A stretch of DNA of 64,000 nucleotides from Candidatus Zixiibacteriota bacterium (GTDB taxonomy: Bacteria > Zixibacteria > MSB-5A5 > GN15 > JAAZOE01): NCBI GenBank assembly GCA_023138975.1, contig JAGLON010000023.1:6131-70130 (forward strand). The letters run 5' to 3'. Within the stretch, counting starts at the first letter, position 1. Each line of letters begins with the position of its first letter. This document shows, piece by piece, positions 52,601 through 59,958 of this stretch. The position numbers were made by a program, and so were the translations under genes. The notes under the pieces are model-generated. The model was not told the DNA's origin and did no database searches. It saw only the letters and a list, made by a program, of their open reading frames with translations.

Positions 52601-53273
52601 CCATTCCGTCGGTAATTGCTATTACCGCTTTGCTGCCAAGCTCAGTAGTAGTCAGATCAACACCCTTCCAGATGCCGTCAAATGCGGCCGTCCAACCATA
52701 GGCGGAGAGAGTATTTATCTTACTGTGAAGCAGGGCTTGATCACTGGTAAAATCTTGAACGACATTGTAACAACTGGCAAAGGTGACAATCGCGACCCGA
52801 TCATAAATATCCATCTTATCAACAAAATCATGGGCCGCGTCACGAGCGGCTCCTATCTTGTTGTTAGTGTTCATACTACCACTCAAATCAATAACAAGGC
52901 ATATCGATGTAATGCATGAATCCTGAGTCAACTCTTCGACTGTGAAAGAACTTATCGGCGTACCATCCTGGTAAACACAAAAACTATCTGAGGTCAAGCT
53001 ACCGATAGGATCACCAGTCGAATCCAAAGCTTCCACGTAGGTGCACATATATGGAAACATCCCACAATCAAGCTGTGAGACTTGTAAGGAGATAATCGTC
53101 TGGTAGAAAAAATCATCAGGATTTACAAACATCCCCGGCGGCGGTGGTGTCGTCTCGATAGAATCATCAACGATATAAGGATCGTCATCCGGTCCATAAA
53201 TAATCGGATCGGCTACGATGTTCGAAAGAAGAACGAAAACCGCAATGAATAAAACATACAGCCAGCGTCTCAT
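43674..53273 (-). CDS. Giant (3199 aa) secreted surface protein: VWA domain, many Cys-rich Ig/cadherin-like repeats, cohesin-like domain, dockerin, second beta-sandwich, T9SS/FlgD-type CTD
   Basis: Start MRRWLY with AAGAAGGGG RBS and signal peptide; MIDAS motif DLSGS..T..TDG; repeated 'N.AP.ADAG..C..D.DG....ICFTP...Y.F...ATD.CG'; RGDVNLNG..SDVNGDG dockerin; LSQNYPNPFNP..KKMILLK. Confidence 0.88.
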   Translation of the reverse strand: MRRWLYVLFIAVFVLLSNIVADPIIYGPDDDPYIVDDSIETTPPPPGMFVNPDDFFYQTIISLQVSQLDCGMFPYMCTYVEALDSTGDPIGSLTSDSFCVYQDGTPISSFTVEELTQDSCITSICLVIDLSGSMNTNNKIGAARDAAHDFVDKMDIYDRVAIVTFASCYNVVQDFTSDQALLHSKINTLSAYGWTAAFDGIWKGVDLTTTELGSKAVIAITDGMENRSQYCGGSGTPDGLSDGYFGDDSTLICDLANGASIPIYTISLGSSFDPQYLIKLANATGGTYNHAPTGDDIEFVYDEIKTRLCSRYLICYDSPDTVQNGDWHTIQICRRNPDGSCSDVCDTSSCQEVAPPVIVRTPPTISLDSTCQLWDTEVEICAYITDLDTPQEDLTVQLFYRNSDTVGYTSVTMNRTDSLYCYSIPSSELTCATDSLQYYVTASDGLVTVSLPQSAPTSHFAFPVCENHAPTVAAGADQTISQCTPSEICWSVTYGDIDGNLELVEKLTGPGTYDGSQICFTPTGTLDYEFVMRAVDSCGLEGFDTVVVYYSLNTAPVADAGADASFFQCTPTEICWPASCTDVDGNLQSCVLNAGTGTYDGTNICFTPDTSGVYRFILDATDDCSATDADTAFITVTLNVAPICTVPSDISIFQCAPTQVCLPYSASDVDNNLQSCQIISGPGSLVGGDWCYTPTTDQAVTVTLRCQDSCGAYCESSFTVTFDINEAPALSLGADSSIFLCASEEVCLPFTSSDGDAGQSTTLSLLSAFGTLNELSSELCFTPDTVGTYIFVASITDSCGVAAFDTLAVSISFNSAPVADAGADQSVFQCVPTEICWSAGCSDVDGNLTNCDLISGPGSYNGSQICFTPGSATASYEFILKATDACGVEDYDTVSIDVTINSAPVMTAQADTSLFLCTSQEVCVSYSATDADASHVATLVETMISGYGALDAANDRICFTPTVSGDYEFIIGVTDGCGATDEDTVVVSVTFGEFASIDCPTSAFDEFLCVADSIIQPLTITPSTATVSVSEGIYADGAVRFLASSAGTYNIEVIADESCGSDTCTVTFNVTLNTAPMADAGVDNAIFQCVPAEICWAAGCSDVDGNLTSCDLISGPGSYNGSQICFTPGAATASYEFILKATDACGVEDYDTVSIDVTINSAPVMTAQSDTSLFLCASQEICVSYTVFDADGLKEPPGLIEALISGYGTIDTDNDIVCFTPTASGDYEFIIGVTDGCGATDEDTVVVSVTMGEFASIDCPTSAFDEFLCVTDSIIQPLTITPLTATVSVSEGIYADGAIRFLASSAGTYNIEVIADESCGSDTCTVTFNVTLNTAPVADAGTDNDIFQCVPAEICWSAGCSDVDGNLTSCDLISGPGSYNGSQICFTPGSSTASYEFILKATDACGVEDYDTVNIDVTINSAPVMTAQADTSLFLCVSQEICVSYTVFDADGLKEPPGLIETLISGYGTIDTDNDVVCFTPTASGVYEFIIGVTDGCGATDEDTVVVSVTFGEFASIDCPVDPIPVSLCDTVEVCRMLDITPASASVSVSLGTYSGGQHCFSPDTSGIYIVEIIADASCGSDTCEIVYNVDIGQAAEIACPASQSLFICEAGDICVPISVVTPEAVFTITPIGTYTAGNICFDADTSGHYEINIIATTDCGADTCDIIADIVINSTPVAVIPTSPIDTFICSSDQICYQFGASDANGGTLIWTKLSGDGAITSGGNWCFDVTGDGSWSISAVVTDSCTAADTVSLTYNVDINSGPMVALPNDTAIFICEGSQYCFNYTATDSDNNIVTEQLLSATGTIDINTNTVCFTPAASGVYQFIVQAIDACGAQYTDTADITVDFGLPLSITCPADTTVFQCTPTQICRPVTISLDTLVTVTPIGSYSAGQVCFTPDTSGHYVINVSAASVCGGTDCSFAVDVVLNSPPVAVMPTTPVDTFICAAASICYQFSANDVDGGALTWSKISGDGSITPDGNWCFTASGTNIWTMTTAVSDLCGASDTVSMTYNISLNSDPIVTVPNDTSLFLCDGQSYCFNYVVSDADNNVAVEELMGGTGTIDTVTNEICFTPTASEIYQFIVRATDECGGFSQDIINIDVQFGVSLDVSCPVDTVMFLCEPGQICRPVDITIDTLVTVSPIGTYDAGNVCFNADTSGVYDITVAALSACGSDSCIFRVYATVNDIPVATDPPSPVDTFICATDDICYQFSAIDSEGGALTWSRLSGAGTVDASGLWCFSATANGSYTVSALVADTCGNADTVSLQYNVIINTSPVLTLPFDTTVFMCGPEEFCFDYSVDDPDDNIVMEEILQGGGTLDTLNNRLCFTPTMAGTWQFIVGVKDECGDYLAGGVDTIEIEVVFNSAPIANAGDDHFFFQCGKEDYCFPVTCTDPDNNLDTCYIYSGDAQMVGNQVCVNVDTAGIYEIVIRAEDECGLTGDDTMIVSLTINLPPVCSLPSDTTLFQCGLTEASLPLGVTDPDNNFDHWTLVSGPGAIVSGNWTHTPSGNESDTIVVQAHDECGAFCEGTFIVNFEINRAPIAHAGDDMQHFFCSPGETYCWAASCSDPDGNLSNCELVSDDGTYDAGTGEICFYVATGIERSYAFILEATDSCGLIDTDTSWLTVEFNDPPAITLPSDFQALVLGMGEICFEADIEDENGNLESYSVSPIGAYNETTGQICFDTDTTGVYTIVVSAVDSCGAETVDTIIVGVEIDECLFVQIEYAPNVYQGHYRDLNITLNGSGKDLGGFDILIAYDPSVIIASGAEAGQLFENCDWEYFTYRFGESGNCENCPTGILRLVGLAETNNGAYHPSCTWQGQIGTIASVTFYVPNNYTHGGQFAPVEFFWFDCADNSFSSILGDTLWVSRVVYDIEWNNITNYSYGFPGGYGVPDYCLDPDESAKTRPERCVDFTNGGIVIIHPDSIDARGDVNLNGIANEVSDAVMFTNFFISGLSAFGEHVEGSIAASDVNGDGTALSVADLVYLIRVIIGDAAPLAKPLPGAKVSLEVYTDNKSITVDYSSNANIGAMALIFNVNAESGAPILSETTNTMDVVYNAEDGQLRVLIYNIGANSILPGQGRLLSIPVSGKAELVRVEAADYFGRPLSTTIENIPRVFELSQNYPNPFNPVTTIQFSLPEASDWSLTVYNILGQVVETWSGTNEAGSYDIVWKAEQYATGVYLYQLKAGANTQSKKMILLK
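48714..50835 (-). repeat. About 2.7 tandem copies of a 780-nt (260-aa) intragenic unit
   Basis: Matching blocks at 48721, 49501 and 50281 (GAAGCAAACTC..AGTAACCGAGACCACGAC) with long identical runs. Confidence 0.9.
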
Positions 53274-53892
53274 ATATGACCCCTTCTTAAGCCCGAAATG
53301 AAAATCCTCCGACGTTCCGGACATATAAGTAAATAATAGATTCTGTTTAAATGAATCAAGTAAGGAAGAATTGACCGAACGCGCCCCGCTCAAACGATCA
53401 ATCAAAACGGATATTTATCCGCTTAAGTTGTGACAGTACTTATAGTGAAACCTTTGCGGAACAAACCCCCGGCGGTGAAGTAAAAAGAATTTCCGGACGT
53501 TTATCGTTACCGATTCTTCCTCTCTCGTCCTCCTGTATACCCCGCTACATGCTTTGCCTGTGCGCTCAGACAAACACCATGTCTCATGTTACCCAGACTT
53601 ACTATGCCATTACATAACAAAACATGCAATAGCGGGTATGTTAAAAACTTACCCAGATGTCCTTCAAATGCTGTTAACTATATGGGGTGTGCTCTTTTTT
53701 TACATATTTCGTATGTACAATTCCAATATACTCTTTTTCTCTCATGAGTCAACGACTTTTTGTGGCAACAAGTCCAATAACTATATAAATATCAACCACT
53801 AACGTGGACATAAACCATCATGTTTCAGGCCTATACACATTAAGAACGAATCGCTGTGCGTCATTATGGCGCACGAGTCTGCCATTAAGCCG

Positions 53893-54957
53893 TTAACCGT
53901 CCGACTCCTTCGCATTTAAGAGATCTGATACATATTCATATCTCTTTTTAAGCCGTGTGAGTCGTTTTTTTAACTGGACCTCCGCATCCGGGCCGGGTGA
54001 GCCCTTCAGCTCACTTTCTACTTCTGACACTTCCTGAGATATTTGCTCTAGTTTTTCCTTTAGATTCTCCAAAGATTCCGCTTCGTCAGCTTTGTCGAAA
54101 GCAACCTCTTCCACTTCCGGTTCTGAGTCAGTATTCTCAGCTTTCGAAGGTTCCGACACCGGGATAAACCGTTTCCCATCGGAAAAGTCCCGAGTATTCA
54201 TAAATGTCGGCGAAACTATTTCTACTCCGCCCTCGTGCAGTACGTCAAGAACTTTGCCTTTTAGGCGCGAACGGCCCGAAATGATATGCTTAGGATCTTC
54301 CAACAGTCCGGCAACCAAGTACTTAACAGAGTAATCACCCAACTCCTTGACATGCACAAACGGTTCGCTCAATTCGGCCTGACCGGCTGCCTCAAGAAGC
54401 AGTTTTTTTATCTTTGACCGGGGGATATCATACCCGAGTGAAACTGATGCCGATATAATCGTTCCGCTGGAGCGGATAACCTCGACCGGATTTGAAGCCA
54501 CATAAATATTCGGCAATGTGACCAAATCCCGCTCTTCGTTCTGGATCTCAATATGAAAAAGCCCCCGTTCGGAAATTCTGCCAAAATAATCTCCAACCGT
54601 AATAAAATCGCCCGCCTTAAAATTCCGGACTGCCCTCAGCATTATACCGGCCATCGCGTTTCCTACCAGCGTCGCTGATGAAAGCGCAATCACAGCGGTT
54701 ATTAGTATCCCTATTAGCGAAAACAACTGCCCCCGCTGTGAATCTGAAAAAGGCGCTATCAAAATGATGATAATCAAGCCAATAAACAGAATACATATAG
54801 TAATAACCTGACGCCGGAAACGATATCCCGGCTTGTCGGCAAAACGCTTATCTAGTATCAACCGCGTCACAGATAAAACGACAATTACGATAACGATACC
54901 GATGGCCGAAGGAATATATTCTTTCAGGTATTCAAAAATTGAATTCAGGATTTCCAT
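53893..54957 (-). CDS. Small-conductance mechanosensitive channel (MscS) family protein
   Basis: Three TM helices, GNAMAGIML, FKAGDFI.VG..GRI, LPN, SLGYD; C-terminal coiled coil. Confidence 0.9.
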   Translation of the reverse strand: MEILNSIFEYLKEYIPSAIGIVIVIVVLSVTRLILDKRFADKPGYRFRRQVITICILFIGLIIIILIAPFSDSQRGQLFSLIGILITAVIALSSATLVGNAMAGIMLRAVRNFKAGDFITVGDYFGRISERGLFHIEIQNEERDLVTLPNIYVASNPVEVIRSSGTIISASVSLGYDIPRSKIKKLLLEAAGQAELSEPFVHVKELGDYSVKYLVAGLLEDPKHIISGRSRLKGKVLDVLHEGGVEIVSPTFMNTRDFSDGKRFIPVSEPSKAENTDSEPEVEEVAFDKADEAESLENLKEKLEQISQEVSEVESELKGSPGPDAEVQLKKRLTRLKKRYEYVSDLLNAKESDG

Positions 54958-55070
54958 ATTCTTTTGGTAAGTATATCGACACTCAGTTTCAACAACAATT
55001 TACTTCAAGATGTAATCTCTTGCCTGCTGCACAACTTTAACTATTTGTTTTAACCTATAAAAACTCAAAC

Positions 55071-55099
55071 TTGACACATCTCTCTACGATTGATATCTT
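55071..55099 (+). promoter_or_regulatory. Putative sigma70 promoter of lipoprotein 55147
   Basis: TTGACA-17 nt-TATCTT with extended TG; paralogous to the 57115 promoter. Confidence 0.65.
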
Positions 55100-55146
55100 T
55101 CTCTCAGTAAGAATCACTTCTATTGACTTTATCATAGGAGACCCTC

Positions 55147-56259
55147 ATGTCTTTAAAACATATTCTTTTAGTACTTTTCTCCCTGTCGCTTATCTTCACC
55201 TTAGCCGGATGTTCCGATGATGATACACCAACCAGCTCCGGTGGAGATACGACCACGACCGGAATCGGCCCAGCGGGCGGTACGATACAGATCGCAGGAT
55301 CTGTCAGCCTGGTTATCCCACCCGGAGCATTGCCGGACACCATCGATTTTACCATTACAACCAACGGATCACCAGCCGCAATGTCCGGCACTACCGGCCC
55401 GGTATCACCCTGTTTTACGATTGAGCCGTCCGGTACCAACTTTACTTCCCCGGCAACTATAACTATCAATTACAATCCGGCCCTGGTAGCGAACGCTGGC
55501 GAACAGACCGTTGGGCTATACACTGACAATGGTCCCGGATGGGTTTTGCTTACGACTATCAGGGATACCGTCAACAACACGGTAATCGGTCCCGTCAGCC
55601 ATCTGTCTGATTTCACTGCCGGAGGTGACACCACTCAGGCGTCCGGATCCGGTATCTTCGCCGAATTTGTCGCGGGCCGAACAATTTTCACCGATCCTGT
55701 TTTTATGCTGTTCGATGCCTATATCGCCCGACTTGACAGTGCCTATGCTCCATGTAATCCCCTTCAACCAATCAGCGGAGCAACAATTACCTGCAATGAC
55801 AGTACCTTATATTGGGTTTCGCAGGGGAATCAATATACCACCGCAGGAATGGGATTAGTTGCCCCCGGTGCTTCTTATACCTTCACTGTGACTGCCGGAA
55901 ACGGCATACCGGCATTGACTCAGAGCATTACTTTTCCTACATCACAAACTCAATTGAGCTCTCCGGCAAACAACGCTTCTATTTCTCCCACTTCCAATAT
56001 CAACGTCTCATGGACCGGCGCGCAAGTCGGCACGATTGACATTGTCATCACTAGCATGGCCGGTGATTCGGTCTATTTTGTCCAAACCGCTAATGATGGT
56101 TCACATATAATTCCGAATGCAGAGTTGTCCAATCCGAGTGGTACTTGTTCCTTAATACTAAGTCATTACAATCGCAACACCATCACAGCCGCCGGATATG
56201 ACTCGAGAAGCTTTATTGCAGGCAGAGTTATGCACCCGATTACTATAACGTTCGAATAA
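55147..56259 (+). CDS. Lipoprotein with ZU5-like N-terminal domain
   Basis: Lipobox LAGC; IGPAGGTI..LVIPPGAL..EPSGTNF..PATITINY..HLSDF. Confidence 0.8.
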   Translation: MSLKHILLVLFSLSLIFTLAGCSDDDTPTSSGGDTTTTGIGPAGGTIQIAGSVSLVIPPGALPDTIDFTITTNGSPAAMSGTTGPVSPCFTIEPSGTNFTSPATITINYNPALVANAGEQTVGLYTDNGPGWVLLTTIRDTVNNTVIGPVSHLSDFTAGGDTTQASGSGIFAEFVAGRTIFTDPVFMLFDAYIARLDSAYAPCNPLQPISGATITCNDSTLYWVSQGNQYTTAGMGLVAPGASYTFTVTAGNGIPALTQSITFPTSQTQLSSPANNASISPTSNINVSWTGAQVGTIDIVITSMAGDSVYFVQTANDGSHIIPNAELSNPSGTCSLILSHYNRNTITAAGYDSRSFIAGRVMHPITITFE

Positions 56260-56272
56260 GAGAAAACTAAAC

Positions 56273-56299
56273 AGCCTCCTGTTCCGGCAGGAGGCTTTT
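56273..56299 (+). terminator. Intrinsic terminator
   Basis: AGCCTCCTG-ttccgg-CAGGAGGCT followed by TTT. Confidence 0.7.
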
Positions 56300-56304
56300 C
56301 TATC

Positions 56305-57105
56305 ATGGAAACAGAAACAATACTAACATTCCTTAAGACTCACATCACGGTCACATACACTGCTGCTATTATAACCTTTACCTTTACGTTTGCTTTCTTA
56401 CGAAAAAAACAGATATCGTTTATTGAATGGAATCTTGGACCTCCCAAACAATCCGGTCTTCTGAGTCTGCTGGCTATCCTTGCGACCTTTCTATTAATGA
56501 CACTTCTAATTAGTCTTGGTAGCGAAGCATCAGATTCTTCCACTCGTAAATATGCTGGCATTGATGCTCTAAGCCAACTCATCGGTTTACTTATTGTTTC
56601 GTTACCGGTCTTATCTATTATGAAGTGGCAAAAGGAACCTCTTGCAACGGCTGGTATCTCGAAATTGACTATTAGGATATCTCTTATACTCGGCTTCATT
56701 ATAGGCATAGGCGAACTCTTTATTGGCACCGGCGTTTCATGGCTTGGTAATCTCAATATGATGTATTTTTGGGCGCTTATGCAGTTTGTCTTTGTCGGAT
56801 TTTTTGAGGAGTTCCTTTTCAGGGGATATTTGCAGACCCGCCTTATGAGGTGGCTCGGTACTTATAAAGGTTGGATTCTTGCTTCACTCATGATGTCCTT
56901 AAGTCATATCTCAATCATTTACGGATGGCACGGTAAATCTCTATCGGATGCGTTTCTACTATCGTTTGAAACATTTCCAATTAGTCTAGCCCTTGGGTAT
57001 ATCTATATGAAGACAGGGAATATTACCGGGCCAGCGATTATCCATACTTTTATGAACTTCGCATCCGCCGTCAACGAGATAGGACAAATTAGCTCCGACA
57101 TCTAA
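56305..57105 (+). CDS. CPBP/Abi family intramembrane glutamic endopeptidase
   Basis: EEFLFRGYL, SLSH, IIHTFMN motifs; multiple TM helices. Confidence 0.92.
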   Translation: METETILTFLKTHITVTYTAAIITFTFTFAFLRKKQISFIEWNLGPPKQSGLLSLLAILATFLLMTLLISLGSEASDSSTRKYAGIDALSQLIGLLIVSLPVLSIMKWQKEPLATAGISKLTIRISLILGFIIGIGELFIGTGVSWLGNLNMMYFWALMQFVFVGFFEEFLFRGYLQTRLMRWLGTYKGWILASLMMSLSHISIIYGWHGKSLSDAFLLSFETFPISLALGYIYMKTGNITGPAIIHTFMNFASAVNEIGQISSDI

Positions 57106-57114
57106 AACACAAAC

Positions 57115-57143
57115 TTGACACTCCTGCCTGTGATTCATATTAT
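57115..57143 (+). promoter_or_regulatory. Putative sigma70 promoter of lipoprotein 57189
   Basis: TTGACA-17 nt-TATTAT. Confidence 0.65.
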
Positions 57144-57188
57144 TCTTTCAAACTAATTCATATTTGAATATCTTTTTAGGAGATTTCC

Positions 57189-57896
57189 ATGTCACTGAAA
57201 CGCGTTCTAATAGCACTCTTTGCCCTTTCACTTATCTTTACAATCTGCGGCTGTTCTGAGGACGATGATCCAATCAGCTCCGGCGGCCTGCAGGCTCCCG
57301 CACCTCCGGTAATTCAAAACGTTGAATGCCCCGTAGGAATGGCTGCGTCCACCAATCCGTACGCAACTTACGCTGAGAACTATCTGTTATATTTAAACGC
57401 TTTCACCGCTTTTGACTCTTACATAACACCGGCAAGCAATGCTGTCGTAACTCAGGTCGGAGACACGGTCAAAGCAGTCTGGACCAGCGGTACTCTGGAG
57501 TATGATGTTCGCTTTGTTACTGATGGCGGATATAACAAATGGTTTGTATATTTAGACGGTAATGACGGACCGTTGGTTTATTCCAATCAGCTCTACATTG
57601 AAGCCCGCATTGACCCCTCAAGCAACAACGACGGCTATTTCATGGCCCATCCCAATCCTTCAAATTTCAATGAAGTTCTTTCTTGGTCCTGGGAAACTGT
57701 ATCCGGTATCTATCGCATTACTTATACTAACAGCACAGCTAACTCTTACAAAGTGACCCGCGCCACAGACGGTTCCGGTATTGTTGAATATCTTATCAAT
57801 AGCGCTGCTTCCATAGTTGTCACCTGGGTTCCCGACGGTAACAGCGGAACCTGGAATAATATCTCCGGTAGCCAAACCGGCACCTGGCAATTGTAA
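57189..57896 (+). CDS. Hypothetical lipoprotein
   Basis: AGGAG RBS, lipobox ICGC, N-terminus paralogous to 55147. Confidence 0.8.
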   Translation: MSLKRVLIALFALSLIFTICGCSEDDDPISSGGLQAPAPPVIQNVECPVGMAASTNPYATYAENYLLYLNAFTAFDSYITPASNAVVTQVGDTVKAVWTSGTLEYDVRFVTDGGYNKWFVYLDGNDGPLVYSNQLYIEARIDPSSNNDGYFMAHPNPSNFNEVLSWSWETVSGIYRITYTNSTANSYKVTRATDGSGIVEYLINSAASIVVTWVPDGNSGTWNNISGSQTGTWQL

Positions 57897-57921
57897 CTGA
57901 ATCTCCGAATGAAAATATCTT

Positions 57922-57950
57922 AACCGGTTGAAATATCAGCCGGTTTTTTT
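57922..57950 (+). terminator. Intrinsic terminator
   Basis: AACCGGTTGA-aata-TCAGCCGGTT followed by TTTTT. Confidence 0.8.
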
Positions 57951-58029
57951 ATTTAGTAAAATCTTGAATTAGATACACAGTTTTTTGTATTTTAAGTTTG
58001 TGAACCAATCTTGATTAAGTAGAACTACT

Positions 58030-58692
58030 ATGTCCGGATACTATAACGAAAAACTGTCAGCCGAAAAGCTCAAACAATGCTATGATGCTGCCGACGAACG
58101 CATTCGCCAATACCTGACGGCAGAAATCAATTTCGTTATCAGCCATCTCAAACCTAATGATATAGTTCTTGAACTCGGATGCGGCTTTGGCCGGGTTATA
58201 AAACAATTACAACCGCACTGCCGCTTGACTATCGGAATCGATACCGCCTTTTCAAGCCTTAAGCTGGCACAAGAATCTGGTCAACTTATAGCCTTAATGG
58301 ATGCCTCGAATCAAGGCTTCCGGGACAACTCGTTTGATCATGTCATCTGTATTCAAAACGGATTATCAGCCTTCCAAGTTGACCGCTTACAACTTATCGA
58401 AGAATCTCTTCGAATTACCAAACCGGGCGGACTGGTACTCTTCTCGACCTATGCCGAAAAATTCTGGCCCCATAGACTGAGATGGTTCGAGGAACAATCT
58501 CACCGCGGCCTGTTAGGTGAAATCGACTACGATAAAACCGGCGACGGAGTCATCATCTGCAAAGACGGCTTCCGCTCCGATACAATTTCACCAAATGAAT
58601 TTAATTCACTGGCATCTCAATGCGATTGTAGTTTTGAACTTGAGGAGGTTGACCAATCGAGCCTGTTCTGCATTTTAACAAAGAACAGCTAA
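58030..58692 (+). CDS. Class I SAM-dependent methyltransferase
   Basis: VLELGCGFG, GID, MDA, SFD, TKPGG. Confidence 0.92.
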   Translation: MSGYYNEKLSAEKLKQCYDAADERIRQYLTAEINFVISHLKPNDIVLELGCGFGRVIKQLQPHCRLTIGIDTAFSSLKLAQESGQLIALMDASNQGFRDNSFDHVICIQNGLSAFQVDRLQLIEESLRITKPGGLVLFSTYAEKFWPHRLRWFEEQSHRGLLGEIDYDKTGDGVIICKDGFRSDTISPNEFNSLASQCDCSFELEEVDQSSLFCILTKNS

Positions 58693-58741
58693 CTGTTTTT
58701 CTTTCTGGCATTCTCTTCGCCCGTTCACCATATTCTACCCA

Positions 58742-59668
58742 ATGAAGGTTTTCTGCGACCATACCGGCTTTGCAAAGAGTCTGTTTGACTGTGACTTACA
58801 GAAGTCAAACGACAATATCCCATCCCAATTACTTCCGTTGACCGAGAAGATTTTTACAAGCTCAGAAGTATTTCAGGCCGATATCCCCTCCCTCTCCGGA
58901 TGGAAATACGGCTTAGTCGTCGAGGAGGCGCAGGCTTCACAATACGATACTGTTATAGACCTGTGCCAGCAGAATATAGAACTTCCCGACGGGCTCTTTT
59001 GCGTTGCAGGCTCGAGCACCAAGTTTCACGGTCAGCGAGGTCGTACTTGGGCTTCCCCTCAAGGCAACATCTATCTGACTGCACACGTAAGTCCGAAAAT
59101 AAAAATCGACGGCTTCGGCGTCGGATTCCCTATTCTGGCAGCCGTTTCGGTGGTCGAGACTATCGATTCTGTTCCCGGTCTTACCGGTCAGGCCGGTATC
59201 AAATGGGTCAACGATATCCTGATCGACAACGCCAAAGTTTCCGGTTTTCTGGCATACTCGCAAAACATCGAAGGTATTGTCAACTCCACCACCATCGGTA
59301 TCGGCCTGAACGTGCTATCCAAGCCTCACCTCCCGCTTGACAAATTTGTCCAACAGGTAACATCATTGGCAGAGCACACCTCCACCTGTACTCTGGCTAA
59401 CCTCCTGCCGGTTTTACTAAAACGACTCTGGTACAATTATCATTTATTGCTTACTGGGCAGTACCGAACACTTTTAGATATATATAGAAATCGCTCGGTA
59501 ATCATTGGACAAGAGGTCGAAATTATCTCCGACCCCATCAAATATAAAAATGAAGCGGAGATTATCGCATCCGGCCGAGTCACCGGCATCGGAGACAACC
59601 TTGAGCTTTTCATCGAAGGCAACCCCTCCCCCATCACCCACGGCCGTCTAATACTTAAGAATCAGTAA
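58742..59668 (+). CDS. birA: Biotin-[acetyl-CoA-carboxylase] ligase-like protein (BPL/LplA fold, no HTH)
   Basis: GQRGRTW.SP.GNIY, IKWVNDI, KVSGFL, IGIGLNV, C-terminal G.V.GI...L; biotin-binding loop is divergent. Confidence 0.65.
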   Translation: MKVFCDHTGFAKSLFDCDLQKSNDNIPSQLLPLTEKIFTSSEVFQADIPSLSGWKYGLVVEEAQASQYDTVIDLCQQNIELPDGLFCVAGSSTKFHGQRGRTWASPQGNIYLTAHVSPKIKIDGFGVGFPILAAVSVVETIDSVPGLTGQAGIKWVNDILIDNAKVSGFLAYSQNIEGIVNSTTIGIGLNVLSKPHLPLDKFVQQVTSLAEHTSTCTLANLLPVLLKRLWYNYHLLLTGQYRTLLDIYRNRSVIIGQEVEIISDPIKYKNEAEIIASGRVTGIGDNLELFIEGNPSPITHGRLILKNQ

Positions 59669-59680
59669 TGCAAGTCCCAT

Positions 59681-59725
59681 ATTCGGTATCCCAAGGCTTA
59701 AGCCATGGGGTACCAGTTTGTATTT
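59681..59725. repeat. Palindromic repeat A (copy at 62037-62081)
   Basis: ATTCGGTATCCCAAGGCTTAAGCCATGGGGTACCAGTTTGTATTT; 41/45 identical to 62037-62081. Confidence 0.85.
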
Positions 59726-59742
59726 TGTAGAAATACTAGGAA

Positions 59743-59787
59743 ACGTCATTCAGAGGAGCGAGGCTCTAAGGGAGCCAGACGACGTAG
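59743..59787. repeat. Repeat B, GTCATT-type REP-like (copy at 61797-61861)
   Basis: ACGTCATTCAGAGGAGCGAGGC(T/C)CTAAG 27/28 identical, then GGAGCCA..CGACGTAG. Confidence 0.8.
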
Positions 59788-59958
59788 CGGGGCAGCCCAT
59801 CATTCATGATGGGATTTTACGGTCAATGTCAATTCACTTTTCCCACCATAAATGGATGGGATACCCGATCAACTGGTTGCACTCTTTCCGCCGATTTTAT
59901 AGTTTATTCCGACGTACCGTTTGCTTAGTATAAATTAGAATTTAACCGGTAGGCATAT

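Noticed and set aside
53274-53405. N-terminal extension of the giant ORF to 53405
   Set aside because: The RBS and signal peptide point to ATG 53273; the extension lacks export features.
53440-53530. c-di-GMP-I riboswitch upstream of the giant gene
   Set aside because: Only a CGCAAAG fragment matches; the GGCAAAC..GAAA P2 stem and tetraloop receptor are absent.
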